The notes under the pieces: generated by a model
Seen by the model: only the letters and a program-made list of their open reading frames with translations
What the model was told of the DNA's origin: nothing
The model's database searches: none
In this document: piece by piece, positions 6,712-14,853 of the stretch
How the letters are laid out: every line of letters starts with the position of its first letter
Position numbering within the stretch: the stretch's first letter is position 1
Assembly (NCBI GenBank): GCA_964354495.1
Contig: CAYHAA010000001.1
Span: forward strand, 397,049 to 429,048
Direction of reading: 5' to 3'
Source: an uncultured archaeon
Lineage (GTDB): Archaea > Asgardarchaeota > Thorarchaeia > Thorarchaeales > Thorarchaeaceae
Length of the DNA stretch: 32,000 nt
Program-made: the position numbers and the translations under genes

Positions 6712-7491
6712 ATGAATCGAGTCGCTCATATGCTATTTCCGTTGGCGATGTTTGTAGGCCTATACTCTCTGATCTATGCCTTTAGTGTCTGGCAGTCAGA
6801 CTTGGGGACTCTCCGCGATCTTCTCTTCTACTATATCGCGGGCGGTATTGCACTCTCAATCTTTTCTGTACCGATTCTCTATTACAAGGCACCTCATAAC
6901 GATATGATGGCTCGTACTACAAGTAATCGTGGGTCTGTGTCAGCCATTGTGTTTGTCACTTTCTGCATGGGGTCTCTAATCGGCACAATCGTGTATCAGT
7001 GGAATACTGGCATTACTATCATTGGCAACATCTCTATCTTCATAGGTGCTCTCATAACTATGACCGGCGCGCTAATGCCTGACTGGGATATTCCTCTCCT
7101 AGGAATGTCACGCCATCGAAATATTATATTTCACTCTCTTTTGCTCCCTCTCTTGATTGTACTGGGAACCCTAGTGAATGTCACTTCAAGGATACTCTCT
7201 TCTACAAGTCTAGCTGTCGGTGCAGAGGTAGAGTACTACATAACTGCACTTTTTCTTCTCGGCTATGCGTCTCATCTCTATCTTGATGTCTTTGAGAGTG
7301 ACGCCAACCCACTTGAGATTTTATGGACCGCAGTTGATCCCGAACATAAGGCGCCATCGAGTCTGAAGCCTCTTGGTCCGATTAGGATAAGCCAGAAGAA
7401 TGCACGCAGATGGCTTGTGGGCAATGCAACATTCCTCGTAGGAATCGCCCTTGCGCTATTTGCTCTATACTTCTACAATATTCTCTCATGA
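6712..7491 (+). CDS. Membrane-embedded metal-dependent hydrolase, YdjM/LexA-binding-like family
   Basis: Multiple TM helices with the motifs G-x-x-x-PD-x-D (GALMPDWD), HR-x4-HS (HRNIIFHS) and G-Y-x-SH-x3-D (GYASHLYLD). Confidence 0.8.
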   Translation: MNRVAHMLFPLAMFVGLYSLIYAFSVWQSDLGTLRDLLFYYIAGGIALSIFSVPILYYKAPHNDMMARTTSNRGSVSAIVFVTFCMGSLIGTIVYQWNTGITIIGNISIFIGALITMTGALMPDWDIPLLGMSRHRNIIFHSLLLPLLIVLGTLVNVTSRILSSTSLAVGAEVEYYITALFLLGYASHLYLDVFESDANPLEILWTAVDPEHKAPSSLKPLGPIRISQKNARRWLVGNATFLVGIALALFALYFYNILS

Positions 7492-7515
7492 TCCAAAAAC
7501 ATCAAAGCTGCAGTA

Positions 7516-7833
7516 TTACCACTCATCATCCTCTTCTTCAACATCGAGGTCCTCTTCCTCCTCCTCTTCAACCTCATCGTCACCATCTTCAACGGCTTCA
7601 AGCTCAGGAGGCAGGTCAGTCAGGTCTTCTTCCTCTTCGTCTTCCTCGAACAAGAAGGTTTCAGGATCAACTTCCACCTGGACTTCTTCCCTCTTTGGCT
7701 TTGCCTTCTTCTCTGGACCCGCCATACATACCATGTCGACAGGATCGAGATGCTCACACTCTACACAGCATTCGCCCTTATGGTCACAGGTTAGGAATGC
7801 ACCACACCTCTTGCAGCATTTCAGTTCAGACAC
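7516..7833 (-). CDS. Small Cys/His-rich protein with a highly acidic tail ending in DDEW
   Basis: Likely GTG start at 7833 (the ORF track extends it to 7875). The N-half has 8 Cys and 2 His; 30 of the last 43 residues are D/E. Confidence 0.7.
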   Translation of the reverse strand: MSELKCCKRCGAFLTCDHKGECCVECEHLDPVDMVCMAGPEKKAKPKREEVQVEVDPETFLFEEDEEEEDLTDLPPELEAVEDGDDEVEEEEEEDLDVEEEDDEW

Positions 7834-7988
7834 GATATAACCCCGGAGTAGAGTTTTGACATATAGAAATCCCAAAAATTACTAAATAAGCGTCTCGCTG
7901 AGGTATTGTTTTGTCATTGATAGGGATTTGCTGGTTCTCAATCAAGGTTAAATGATATTCACTGACCACTGTACCGGAGCTGCTGCCC

Positions 7989-9725
7989 GTGGACGACCTT
8001 GAAACTGAGATAAGAAAGGCAGTGTTGGATAATGCTGTCAAGTATAATGGAAAACCCAACGTCAAATCTGTAATGGGATTCCTCCTAGGTTCAAGGGCAG
8101 ACCTTCGTTCCCGCGCAGGCGAAGTCAGGTCGATTGCTGAGAGGATTGTTACTGATGTCGAAAAGATGTCAATCGAGGAGCAGGTCTCCGAATTGAAGAA
8201 GATTGCTCCTGAACTCCTGGCAACGCCCGATGTTGTTAAGACGGAGGAAAGGAGAGAGCTCCCTGATCTTCCCAACCTGGACAGGTGGCCAAAGGTAATC
8301 ATGCGCCTCGCACCTTTCCCATCTGGTCCGCTTCATATTGGGAACTCACGAATGGTCATTCTCAATGATTACTATGTCAAGAGGTACAATGGTGAGCTGA
8401 TTCTGGTCTTTGATGACACCATCGGATCTACGGAGAAAGTAATCGAGCCAGACGCATATGATCTCATTCCTGAGGGACTCGATTATCTTGGTGTCAAGAG
8501 CCACAAGACTGTCTACAAGTCTGATAGGATTGATCTCTTCTATCGGTACGCAGTAGACCTCATTACTCGCGGAGAAGCCTATGTCTGTGATTGCAGCGCT
8601 GCCCTCTGGAGAGATGAACACAAGATCAAGGGAATCCCTTGTGCATGTCGTGAACTAAGTCCTGAAGATAATCTTGCCAGGTGGGAGAAGATGCTGGATG
8701 GCACTTACTCCGAGAAAGCAGCTGCAGTCCGTTTGAAAACAGGGATGAAAGATCCCGACCCAGCGATGCGCGATCATGTGATTCTTCGAATATCTGAGAC
8801 CGATCATCCACGTGTGGGAACCAAGTATCGTGTGTGGCCGCTGCTCGAATATTCATGGGGAATCGATGACCACGAGCTTGGTGTGTCGCACATCATTCGA
8901 GGGAAGGACCTAGTAAAAGAAGGGAAGGTCGAGCAGCACATCTGGAACATTTACAACTGGCCTCATCCGGAATTGATGTACTACGGGCGACTCAAATTCG
9001 AAGACGCTACACTGAGCAAGAGCAAGTCTCGGAAGGAGGTTAAAGACGGAGTATTCACAGGCTGGGATGACCCGCGCACCTGGAGCCTTCAATCCCTTGA
9101 GCGCAGGGGTATCAGTGCGCAAGCACTCCGGAAGGTAATGCTGGACTTGGGTCTAAGCATAGTTGATATCTCGATTTCGATGAAGTCAGTGTACTCCGAG
9201 AACCGTAAGCTTCGCGATGCAGAAACACGACGAGCATTCTTCGTGCAAGACCCAGTATGGATTACTGCTGAAGGTCTGGGGCAAGATATGACTGAGGCTC
9301 GGGTTCCTGTTCATCCTGATTTTCCTAAACGAGGCGTAAGGAGAATCCCTATTCATTCAGTTGATGGCAAATCGACCTTTGGCATACAGAAATCTGATTT
9401 GGAGAGGCTCAAAACTGGCGTTCTCTTTCGGCTTAAAGATATGGCCAATTTCACTCTGAGGAAGGTGAAGCCTCCACTTGTTCGTTTTCATAGTATCGAT
9501 GTAGAGGAGGTGCGCAAGGCAGATGGTGCCATCATACATTGGATACCAAAAGAGGGGTCAGTACCAGTAGAGATGACCCTCGTTGATGGCAGTACTGTCA
9601 CGGGCCTTGCTGAACCTGGAGTTGCGAAGATGAAAGCAGGTACCTTCGTTCAGTTCGAGCGCGTGGGCTTCGCTCAGATTACAAAAGCAGGTGTCCCAAT
9701 TCAGGTCTCATTTGCACACAAGTAG
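7989..9725 (+). CDS. gltX: Glutamate--tRNA ligase (archaeal type)
   Basis: RLAPFPSGPLHIGN (HIGH variant), FDDT, CxC..CxCR zinc site, DDHELGVSHIIRGKD, LSKS (KMSKS variant), GWDDPR, QFERVGF. The N-terminal helical extension is typical of archaeal GluRS. Confidence 0.97.
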   Translation: MDDLETEIRKAVLDNAVKYNGKPNVKSVMGFLLGSRADLRSRAGEVRSIAERIVTDVEKMSIEEQVSELKKIAPELLATPDVVKTEERRELPDLPNLDRWPKVIMRLAPFPSGPLHIGNSRMVILNDYYVKRYNGELILVFDDTIGSTEKVIEPDAYDLIPEGLDYLGVKSHKTVYKSDRIDLFYRYAVDLITRGEAYVCDCSAALWRDEHKIKGIPCACRELSPEDNLARWEKMLDGTYSEKAAAVRLKTGMKDPDPAMRDHVILRISETDHPRVGTKYRVWPLLEYSWGIDDHELGVSHIIRGKDLVKEGKVEQHIWNIYNWPHPELMYYGRLKFEDATLSKSKSRKEVKDGVFTGWDDPRTWSLQSLERRGISAQALRKVMLDLGLSIVDISISMKSVYSENRKLRDAETRRAFFVQDPVWITAEGLGQDMTEARVPVHPDFPKRGVRRIPIHSVDGKSTFGIQKSDLERLKTGVLFRLKDMANFTLRKVKPPLVRFHSIDVEEVRKADGAIIHWIPKEGSVPVEMTLVDGSTVTGLAEPGVAKMKAGTFVQFERVGFAQITKAGVPIQVSFAHK

Positions 9726-9732
9726 GTCGAAC

Positions 9733-9776
9733 TGCGCCGCCAAAGGAAACATATAGTTGTATGCCTTTGGGGCACA
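9733..9776 (+). other. Intergenic hairpin directly upstream of the RBS GGAGGT (9777-9782)
   Basis: ccaaagg(9740-46)/cctttgg(9764-70), cata/tatg and gcc/ggc can pair. Confidence 0.5.
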
Positions 9777-9788
9777 GGAGGTTTCACA

Positions 9789-10550
9789 ATGGCCAATAAG
9801 AAAAAGAAGACCGCAGCAAAAGCTCCAAAACTCTCACCTACAATGTTCAAAGTCACAGGTGTAGACTCACCGCTGAAGGTGAGCGATAAGAGCCAGAAGC
9901 TGTACTATTTCACAGCAAAGATAGATGCAGAAAAGGCGAGAAAGGTTGCGACGACAGAAGGTGCTGATGTCCTCGGAGAATCCGTAGCAAATGCGACTGC
10001 AGCAAAGCCGGCGTTGAAGTATGATTTCTATTGCACATACGATGCAACCCTCGAACGCAAATTCCTGAGAGTTCGAAAACAGGAATTGGGCGTCAATGAT
10101 CAAGTGAAGGGGGTTCTCGTTGGTAACGAGGTAGTCACGCCTGGGAAGGGCGATGATGTTCCTGGAAACTCTGTCAAACTCAATGTAATCGAGCTCTTTG
10201 AGATCACACAAAAGGATGGCATGACAGTCGATGGACTGACAGGTGGTCCTGCAAGAGAAGTCGAACCACTGCTGAAAGGTCCAGGCAAGAAAACAACAAC
10301 TCCCGCGTGGGTGAAGAAGAATTCTATTTCTGCTGGTCCGTTTGCTAGCGTGGACAAGGTAGTCAAGGCCGTTAGCAGCATAGCTGCCTCACGACCTTCT
10401 GACGCAAAGCGTGTTGTTCTTCAGGAACTGAACTTCAAGGAACTGAATGGATTCTATGTTCCCACCTATTACGTCAAGGTAACTTCAGGCAAGAAGTCGA
10501 AGACAATGAAGATCAATGCCATAAACGGAAAGGTCTCGGTTCAAGTATAG
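9789..10550 (+). CDS. Hypothetical basic protein
   Basis: 253-aa ORF with GGAGGT 6 nt upstream of the ATG and a Lys-rich N-terminus (MANKKKKTAAKAPK). No family recognised. Confidence 0.85.
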   Translation: MANKKKKTAAKAPKLSPTMFKVTGVDSPLKVSDKSQKLYYFTAKIDAEKARKVATTEGADVLGESVANATAAKPALKYDFYCTYDATLERKFLRVRKQELGVNDQVKGVLVGNEVVTPGKGDDVPGNSVKLNVIELFEITQKDGMTVDGLTGGPAREVEPLLKGPGKKTTTPAWVKKNSISAGPFASVDKVVKAVSSIAASRPSDAKRVVLQELNFKELNGFYVPTYYVKVTSGKKSKTMKINAINGKVSVQV

Positions 10551-10566
10551 TGGAAGTTTCACCTAT

Positions 10567-10599
10567 CAGGCGGAGGCATGCCCCATCCGCCCCCGCCTG
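10567..10599 (+). terminator. GC-rich hairpin after the 9789-10550 gene
   Basis: caggcgg(10567-73)/ccgcctg(10593-99) plus ggc/gcc, followed by gggtttctattct. Confidence 0.45.
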
Positions 10600-10665
10600 G
10601 GGTTTCTATTCTAATGATTGTGTCTTCGGGAACAGTGACGAACGTGAAGTGTTGATTCCTTAATG

Positions 10666-10673
10666 CTTATATT
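10666..10673 (+). promoter_or_regulatory. Candidate TATA box for the alkaline phosphatase gene
   Basis: CTTATATT ends about 32 nt before the ATG at 10706. Confidence 0.45.
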
Positions 10674-10705
10674 ATCCATCTATTCTCGAATCGAGGAACC
10701 ATCTT

Positions 10706-12157
10706 ATGACAGACACCACCTCACTAACCCGAGTCCTATTAGTTTCATCACTTCTCATGGTTTTCTTGCTCCCGACCGCGGCCTTGATTGGCAATGAACC
10801 AACCAATCAAACAGTACCCGCGGATGAAGGGCCTCTCAGTATTATTCTGATGATAGGTGATGGAATGGGCTTTGAACATGTCAGACTCGCTCAGCTGGTC
10901 GAAGTGGGTGAGAACGGTTCTCTGGCCATGCAGCAACTTACATGGAATGCCTCAGTCACAACACATAGCGCCAATGCTGCAATCACAGATTCTGCGGCTG
11001 GCGGCACCGCAATTGCGACTGGATACAAAACGAACAACTACATGGTTGGAATGCTGCCTAATGGAACTGTTGTAGAGAACATACTTGAATTTGCAGAGAG
11101 CCTCAACAAATCCTCGGGTGTTGTGTCTACTTGTCGAATCGTTGATGCAACGCCAGCTACCTTCACGACCCATGTTTCTGATAGGAATGATAGACCAGAT
11201 ATGGTCAGTCAATTGGTCGAGAACGCCAATGTCGATGTGCTCCTGGGAGGAGGCTCATCGTACTTCTCATCGGCCCAAATCAATACAATGATATCAAATG
11301 GATATTCGGTTGTCTATGACCGCACATCAATGATGGCTGTCACAACGGGCAGGATTCTTGGTTTCTTCGGAACTGGTGTTTCTCCTGATCATATGAAATA
11401 CGAGGCTGACCGTGACTATTCAACCACGCCCTCGATCGCTGAGATGACGAACAAGTCTATCGAACTGCTTTCGCAAGACCCCGATGGATTCTTCCTGATG
11501 GTTGAGGGCGGGTTGATTGACCTTGCCGCTCACGATGAGAATAAAACGAGAAATGCCCTAGAAACAATAGCGTTTGACAAGGCCGTAAAGGTTGCCTTGG
11601 ACTATGTCAAGATTCATTCGAATACAATCCTCATAGTGACAGCTGACCACGAGACTGAGGGTCTAATCGTCACCAATCACAATCTGAATTCTGAGCTTCC
11701 CTCAAATCTACTCACACAAGAGCAGAACGAGACCCTGAGAATAGAACGAGTCAACAATGTAACGGTTGATTGGACAGCGACATACCATACAGCTTGGCAT
11801 GTTCCGATTTTCTGCTATGGATCTGCCTTCTCTGGACTCCCACTGAATGTTACAATTGACAACACAAACACCTTCGCTCTCATGAAAGACTACTTCTTGG
11901 GGAATCCACTCAACGTGACACCTGTCGAGATACCGACAACCACGACGACGATCACAACCACCACAACGACCACGACGACATCAACGCCGACAACCACTAC
12001 TACGACCACTACAATAACGGGCTATACGAATACTACCACGACTTCTGAGGCCACGACACCAACCGGAACACCGTTTGATACCAACATGCTTCTTATCGCG
12101 GCAGTTGGCGCAGCAGTGGTAGTTGTGGTTGTACTGATCATCATCCGACGTAGGTAA
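10706..12157 (+). CDS. phoA: Secreted, C-terminally membrane-anchored alkaline phosphatase (PhoA family)
   Basis: Signal peptide, then IGDGMG, TDSAAGGTAIATG (catalytic Ser), DATPA, EGGLIDLAAH, TADHE and YHT, then a Thr-rich linker, a TM helix and RRR. Confidence 0.93.
   Translation: MTDTTSLTRVLLVSSLLMVFLLPTAALIGNEPTNQTVPADEGPLSIILMIGDGMGFEHVRLAQLVEVGENGSLAMQQLTWNASVTTHSANAAITDSAAGGTAIATGYKTNNYMVGMLPNGTVVENILEFAESLNKSSGVVSTCRIVDATPATFTTHVSDRNDRPDMVSQLVENANVDVLLGGGSSYFSSAQINTMISNGYSVVYDRTSMMAVTTGRILGFFGTGVSPDHMKYEADRDYSTTPSIAEMTNKSIELLSQDPDGFFLMVEGGLIDLAAHDENKTRNALETIAFDKAVKVALDYVKIHSNTILIVTADHETEGLIVTNHNLNSELPSNLLTQEQNETLRIERVNNVTVDWTATYHTAWHVPIFCYGSAFSGLPLNVTIDNTNTFALMKDYFLGNPLNVTPVEIPTTTTTITTTTTTTTTSTPTTTTTTTTITGYTNTTTTSEATTPTGTPFDTNMLLIAAVGAAVVVVVVLIIIRRR
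11936..12070 (+). repeat. Thr-rich low-complexity linker (ACN codon runs)
   Basis: PTTTTTITTTTTTTTTSTPTTTTTTTTITGYTNTTTTSEATTPTGT, encoded by mixed acc/acg/aca/act codons. Confidence 0.9.
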
Positions 12158-12303
12158 TCAGTTGTGGTCCTCAAGTGCTCCATGAGCGAGTTTGATTCTT
12201 GAGATTCGTTTGTCAAGAACCTACAATCGGCTATTTGGATAGGCCACTTGGCTAAGTTCATAAGACATCCTACACGCGTTGATTTCCACTAGGTGTTCAT
12301 CTA

Positions 12304-13491
12304 TTGCCAATCGAGTACTCGTCTGTGCTTGTCCGTTTCGGAGAGATAGGAATCAAGTCAAAACAGACTCGTCGCCGGATGACGAAAATGCTAGCAGACC
12401 ACATACTCTCAGCACTCGATGAGAAGGGAGTCTCCTATTCTGCCGTTCGCAATGAATTCAGTCGTATCTTCGTCGACACCAATGAAGCGAAAAGAGCAGC
12501 AGAGATTGCAGCCAGAATCTTCGGCGTCGTTTCAACATCTCCCGTCGTAGTCACCTCTTCAAGTCTAGATGACATACTGGAGACAGCTGAAGCGCTTGCC
12601 CGCGCAAATTTCAGGAGAGGCCTTTCGTTTGCAGTCGGCGCCCGCAGAATTGGCGAACATGCGTATTCCAGTCAAGAGTTGAGAAACCGCTTGGGTGAGC
12701 GTCTGCTTGAGGGCAACTCCGACCTACAACTCAGAGTGGATTTGAAGAATCCAGAGCAGTCAATCTATGTTGAAGTGCGGGATACAGCCTCTCACATCTT
12801 TACTGAGACCGTGAAGGGCGTGGGCGGTATGCCAACCGGATCACAAGGCAAGGTCGTGTGCACAATATCCACAGGGCTAGATTCTCCGATAGCTGCTTTC
12901 AAAGTCATCAAACGAGGCGCCATTCCAATCTTCGTGTACTTTGACAATTCTCCTCACTGCGATAAGAACTGCACCGAGCTTGCAGTACAACAAGCACAGC
13001 TGCTGGCAAATTACATCTATGGTCACACTGTCAAGATGTACATAGTCCCTCACTGGCCTGACCTTGAGGATGCGATAAGGCATGGTCCTGAAAAGATGAC
13101 ATGTCTCTTCTGTAAGAGGAATATGATGCGGATTGCCCGTGAGATTGCAGTTGCCGAGGGAGCAGATGCAATTGTGACAGGAGAGATCATTGGCGAACAG
13201 GCATCACAGACGACAGCGAATCTCAGGGTCATCAATGAAGCTGTACCGGACTTTCCGATTCTACGGCCACTGGCGGGTGATGACAAGGTTGACATCGAAA
13301 GAATCGCTCAGGAAATAGGAACCTATACCTTTGCTGAGGCGGGCCTTCAATGTTGTGACCTTGCTCCCAAGTATCCTGCTATTTCCTCAACGGTCCAGAA
13401 AGCCATTGAGGGCGAAAAGACTATGGACCCTAGTATATTGAAGTCGGAGTTCGAAAAGGCGAGGGTGCTGATTCTTAGGGGGAAGTCCTAA
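12304..13491 (+). CDS. thiI: tRNA 4-thiouridine synthase ThiI (THUMP + PP-loop, no rhodanese domain)
   Basis: VRFGEIGIKS, a THUMP region, PP-loop variant STGLDSP, CLFC, TGEIIGEQASQT, RPL and QCC. TTG start. Confidence 0.93.
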   Translation: MPIEYSSVLVRFGEIGIKSKQTRRRMTKMLADHILSALDEKGVSYSAVRNEFSRIFVDTNEAKRAAEIAARIFGVVSTSPVVVTSSSLDDILETAEALARANFRRGLSFAVGARRIGEHAYSSQELRNRLGERLLEGNSDLQLRVDLKNPEQSIYVEVRDTASHIFTETVKGVGGMPTGSQGKVVCTISTGLDSPIAAFKVIKRGAIPIFVYFDNSPHCDKNCTELAVQQAQLLANYIYGHTVKMYIVPHWPDLEDAIRHGPEKMTCLFCKRNMMRIAREIAVAEGADAIVTGEIIGEQASQTTANLRVINEAVPDFPILRPLAGDDKVDIERIAQEIGTYTFAEAGLQCCDLAPKYPAISSTVQKAIEGEKTMDPSILKSEFEKARVLILRGKS

Positions 13492-13660
13492 GGAAAACTC
13501 CCCTATCATGCCTCTTCTTGCCTATTTGAACTGATAGTGCCCTTCAAGTCAAGCTAAAAGGTATTGCACCAACCCTTTCCGGTAATACAAAGTTCTTAAA
13601 CTAATTCGCGTGAAGAACGCGTGTATAAGACCTGTTTATCCTAGAGGAGTGAGAGAGGTC

Positions 13661-13897
13661 TTGCCTAGATCAAAGAAAGACAGAATCATCCCAGTAGCAC
13701 CAATCGATAAACTCATCCGTAGAGCGGGGGCGGGACGCGTGAGTGACAAAGGAGCTGAGCGGTTAGCTCATATTCTTGAGGAAGTTGGTGAGTACCTAGC
13801 AACAAGAGCCTTCCAAATAACTGCCCACACAGGACGGAAGACAATCACTGATAAGGACATAGAGCTTGCCTACAAGCAATGGGGCAAGCCAACCTGA
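13661..13897 (+). CDS. Archaeal histone (HMf-like fold) with a short basic N-terminal extension
   Basis: IPVAPIDKLIRRAGAGRVSDKG...GRKTITDKDIELA is a histone fold with R-x-T-x4-D in L2/alpha3. The likely TTG start at 13661 follows gagagaggtc (the ORF track start at 13610 is probably too long). Confidence 0.92.
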   Translation: MPRSKKDRIIPVAPIDKLIRRAGAGRVSDKGAERLAHILEEVGEYLATRAFQITAHTGRKTITDKDIELAYKQWGKPT

Positions 13898-13975
13898 GAG
13901 TAGGCTTCTTCCGTGATGGTTTTCAAGGGTAATAGCTCCATATGATTGTGGAGAATCCAGTTCCGGTGATGTAGT

Positions 13976-14668
13976 GTGAGAGAGGCAGTCGAACCCGTGG
14001 CGGATACGATAGCACTCCTCTCCCTGCACGATATTACGCCCGCACATGAAGATGATACCATCCATACCTATGATCTCCTTACGGGGCTTGGCGTGGAGAG
14101 TCTGACGTTGCTCGTCACGCCATTCTATGGGATGAAGAAAACCAATTGCTTTGCCAAGGATTCACCCTTCACTGAATTTCTTCTCTCGCTTGGCCTTGAG
14201 ATTTCACTCCATGGATATTCTCACATCACCAAATCTGGAGCACCATGCGAGTTCTGCAATCTGACGCGAGAGAGAGCGCTTACGCGCCTGAAGGATGGAA
14301 TCACACTCATTAAACAAGGATTCGGGAAAAGACCCGTCGGATTTGTCCCTCCTATGTGGGAGGCTCCCCAGCGTATTGCGAAGGCGGTCCGAGAGGTTGG
14401 TCTTGATTATTGTGTCATTGAGGATAGGCTATACACTTCAGCAGATTCCAAAATCCATGGTACTGGGGCACGAATAATCAGCCAGGGTCAGAGGGCTCTC
14501 AATACGGAGGCTGCCATGTTTGAGATCGAGCTGGGTGGAGCTCTGCAGATAGCTGTACACCCCTTCGATTATAGGATGAACAACCTCTTTGAATTGCTTG
14601 TCGATCTGAAGGACCGCCAGGGCTATCGTTTTCTCGGGTACCGCGACTTCATGAAGTCTACTCACTGA
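13976..14668 (+). CDS. DUF2334-like / NodB-type polysaccharide deacetylase family protein
   Basis: SLHDITP, ISLHGYSH, GFVPPMW and IAVHP motifs. The GTG start is uncertain (13976 or 13997). Confidence 0.8.
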   Translation: MREAVEPVADTIALLSLHDITPAHEDDTIHTYDLLTGLGVESLTLLVTPFYGMKKTNCFAKDSPFTEFLLSLGLEISLHGYSHITKSGAPCEFCNLTRERALTRLKDGITLIKQGFGKRPVGFVPPMWEAPQRIAKAVREVGLDYCVIEDRLYTSADSKIHGTGARIISQGQRALNTEAAMFEIELGGALQIAVHPFDYRMNNLFELLVDLKDRQGYRFLGYRDFMKSTH

Positions 14669-14778
14669 TATCTAATGTCCGTTGTTACATATCGAAAAAT
14701 GGTCCGGACTGACCTGAAACGGAATCCATCCACAGAAGAATCCTTCTTATACCTGTGATTTCATGCGTAGCTAGGTAC

Positions 14779-14818
14779 GAGTGGGTGTTCCGTACGCGCA
14801 CCTGAAGAACACTCGCTC
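14779..14818 (+). promoter_or_regulatory. 12-bp stem-loop in the probable 5' UTR of the giant surface protein gene
   Basis: gagtgggtgttc(14779-90) pairs fully with gaacactcgctc(14807-18), using two G-U wobbles. A candidate TATA (CTTATA) is at 14746-51 and an RBS (GAGGAGGT) at 14838-45. Confidence 0.6.
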
Positions 14819-14853
14819 ACACACCGAACCATTCGAGAGGAGGTCTACGCCTC

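Noticed and set aside
7410-7859. Plus-strand ORFs 7410-7859 and 7451-7840 (poly-Ser/His/Pro)
   Set aside because: They are the reverse-complement shadow of the GAA/GAG/GAT-rich acidic tail gene and overlap the YdjM-like gene.
7826-8302. 158-aa minus-strand ORF
   Set aside because: It is antisense to the well-supported gltX N-terminus and has no recognisable motif.
12196-12219. Inverted repeat ttcttga-N10-tcaagaa upstream of thiI
   Set aside because: It is only 7 bp, has a single occurrence and has no supporting context, so it is compatible with chance.
13610-13660. 17-residue longer histone N-tail implied by the ORF track
   Set aside because: A purine-rich RBS-like stretch sits right before TTG 13661, and the extension (KNACIRPVYPRGVREV) looks like translated leader sequence.
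14761-14853. TPP or other known riboswitch in the giant gene leader
   Set aside because: Fragments such as gggtg and acctga occur, but the conserved CUGAGA and the P4/P5 core are missing.
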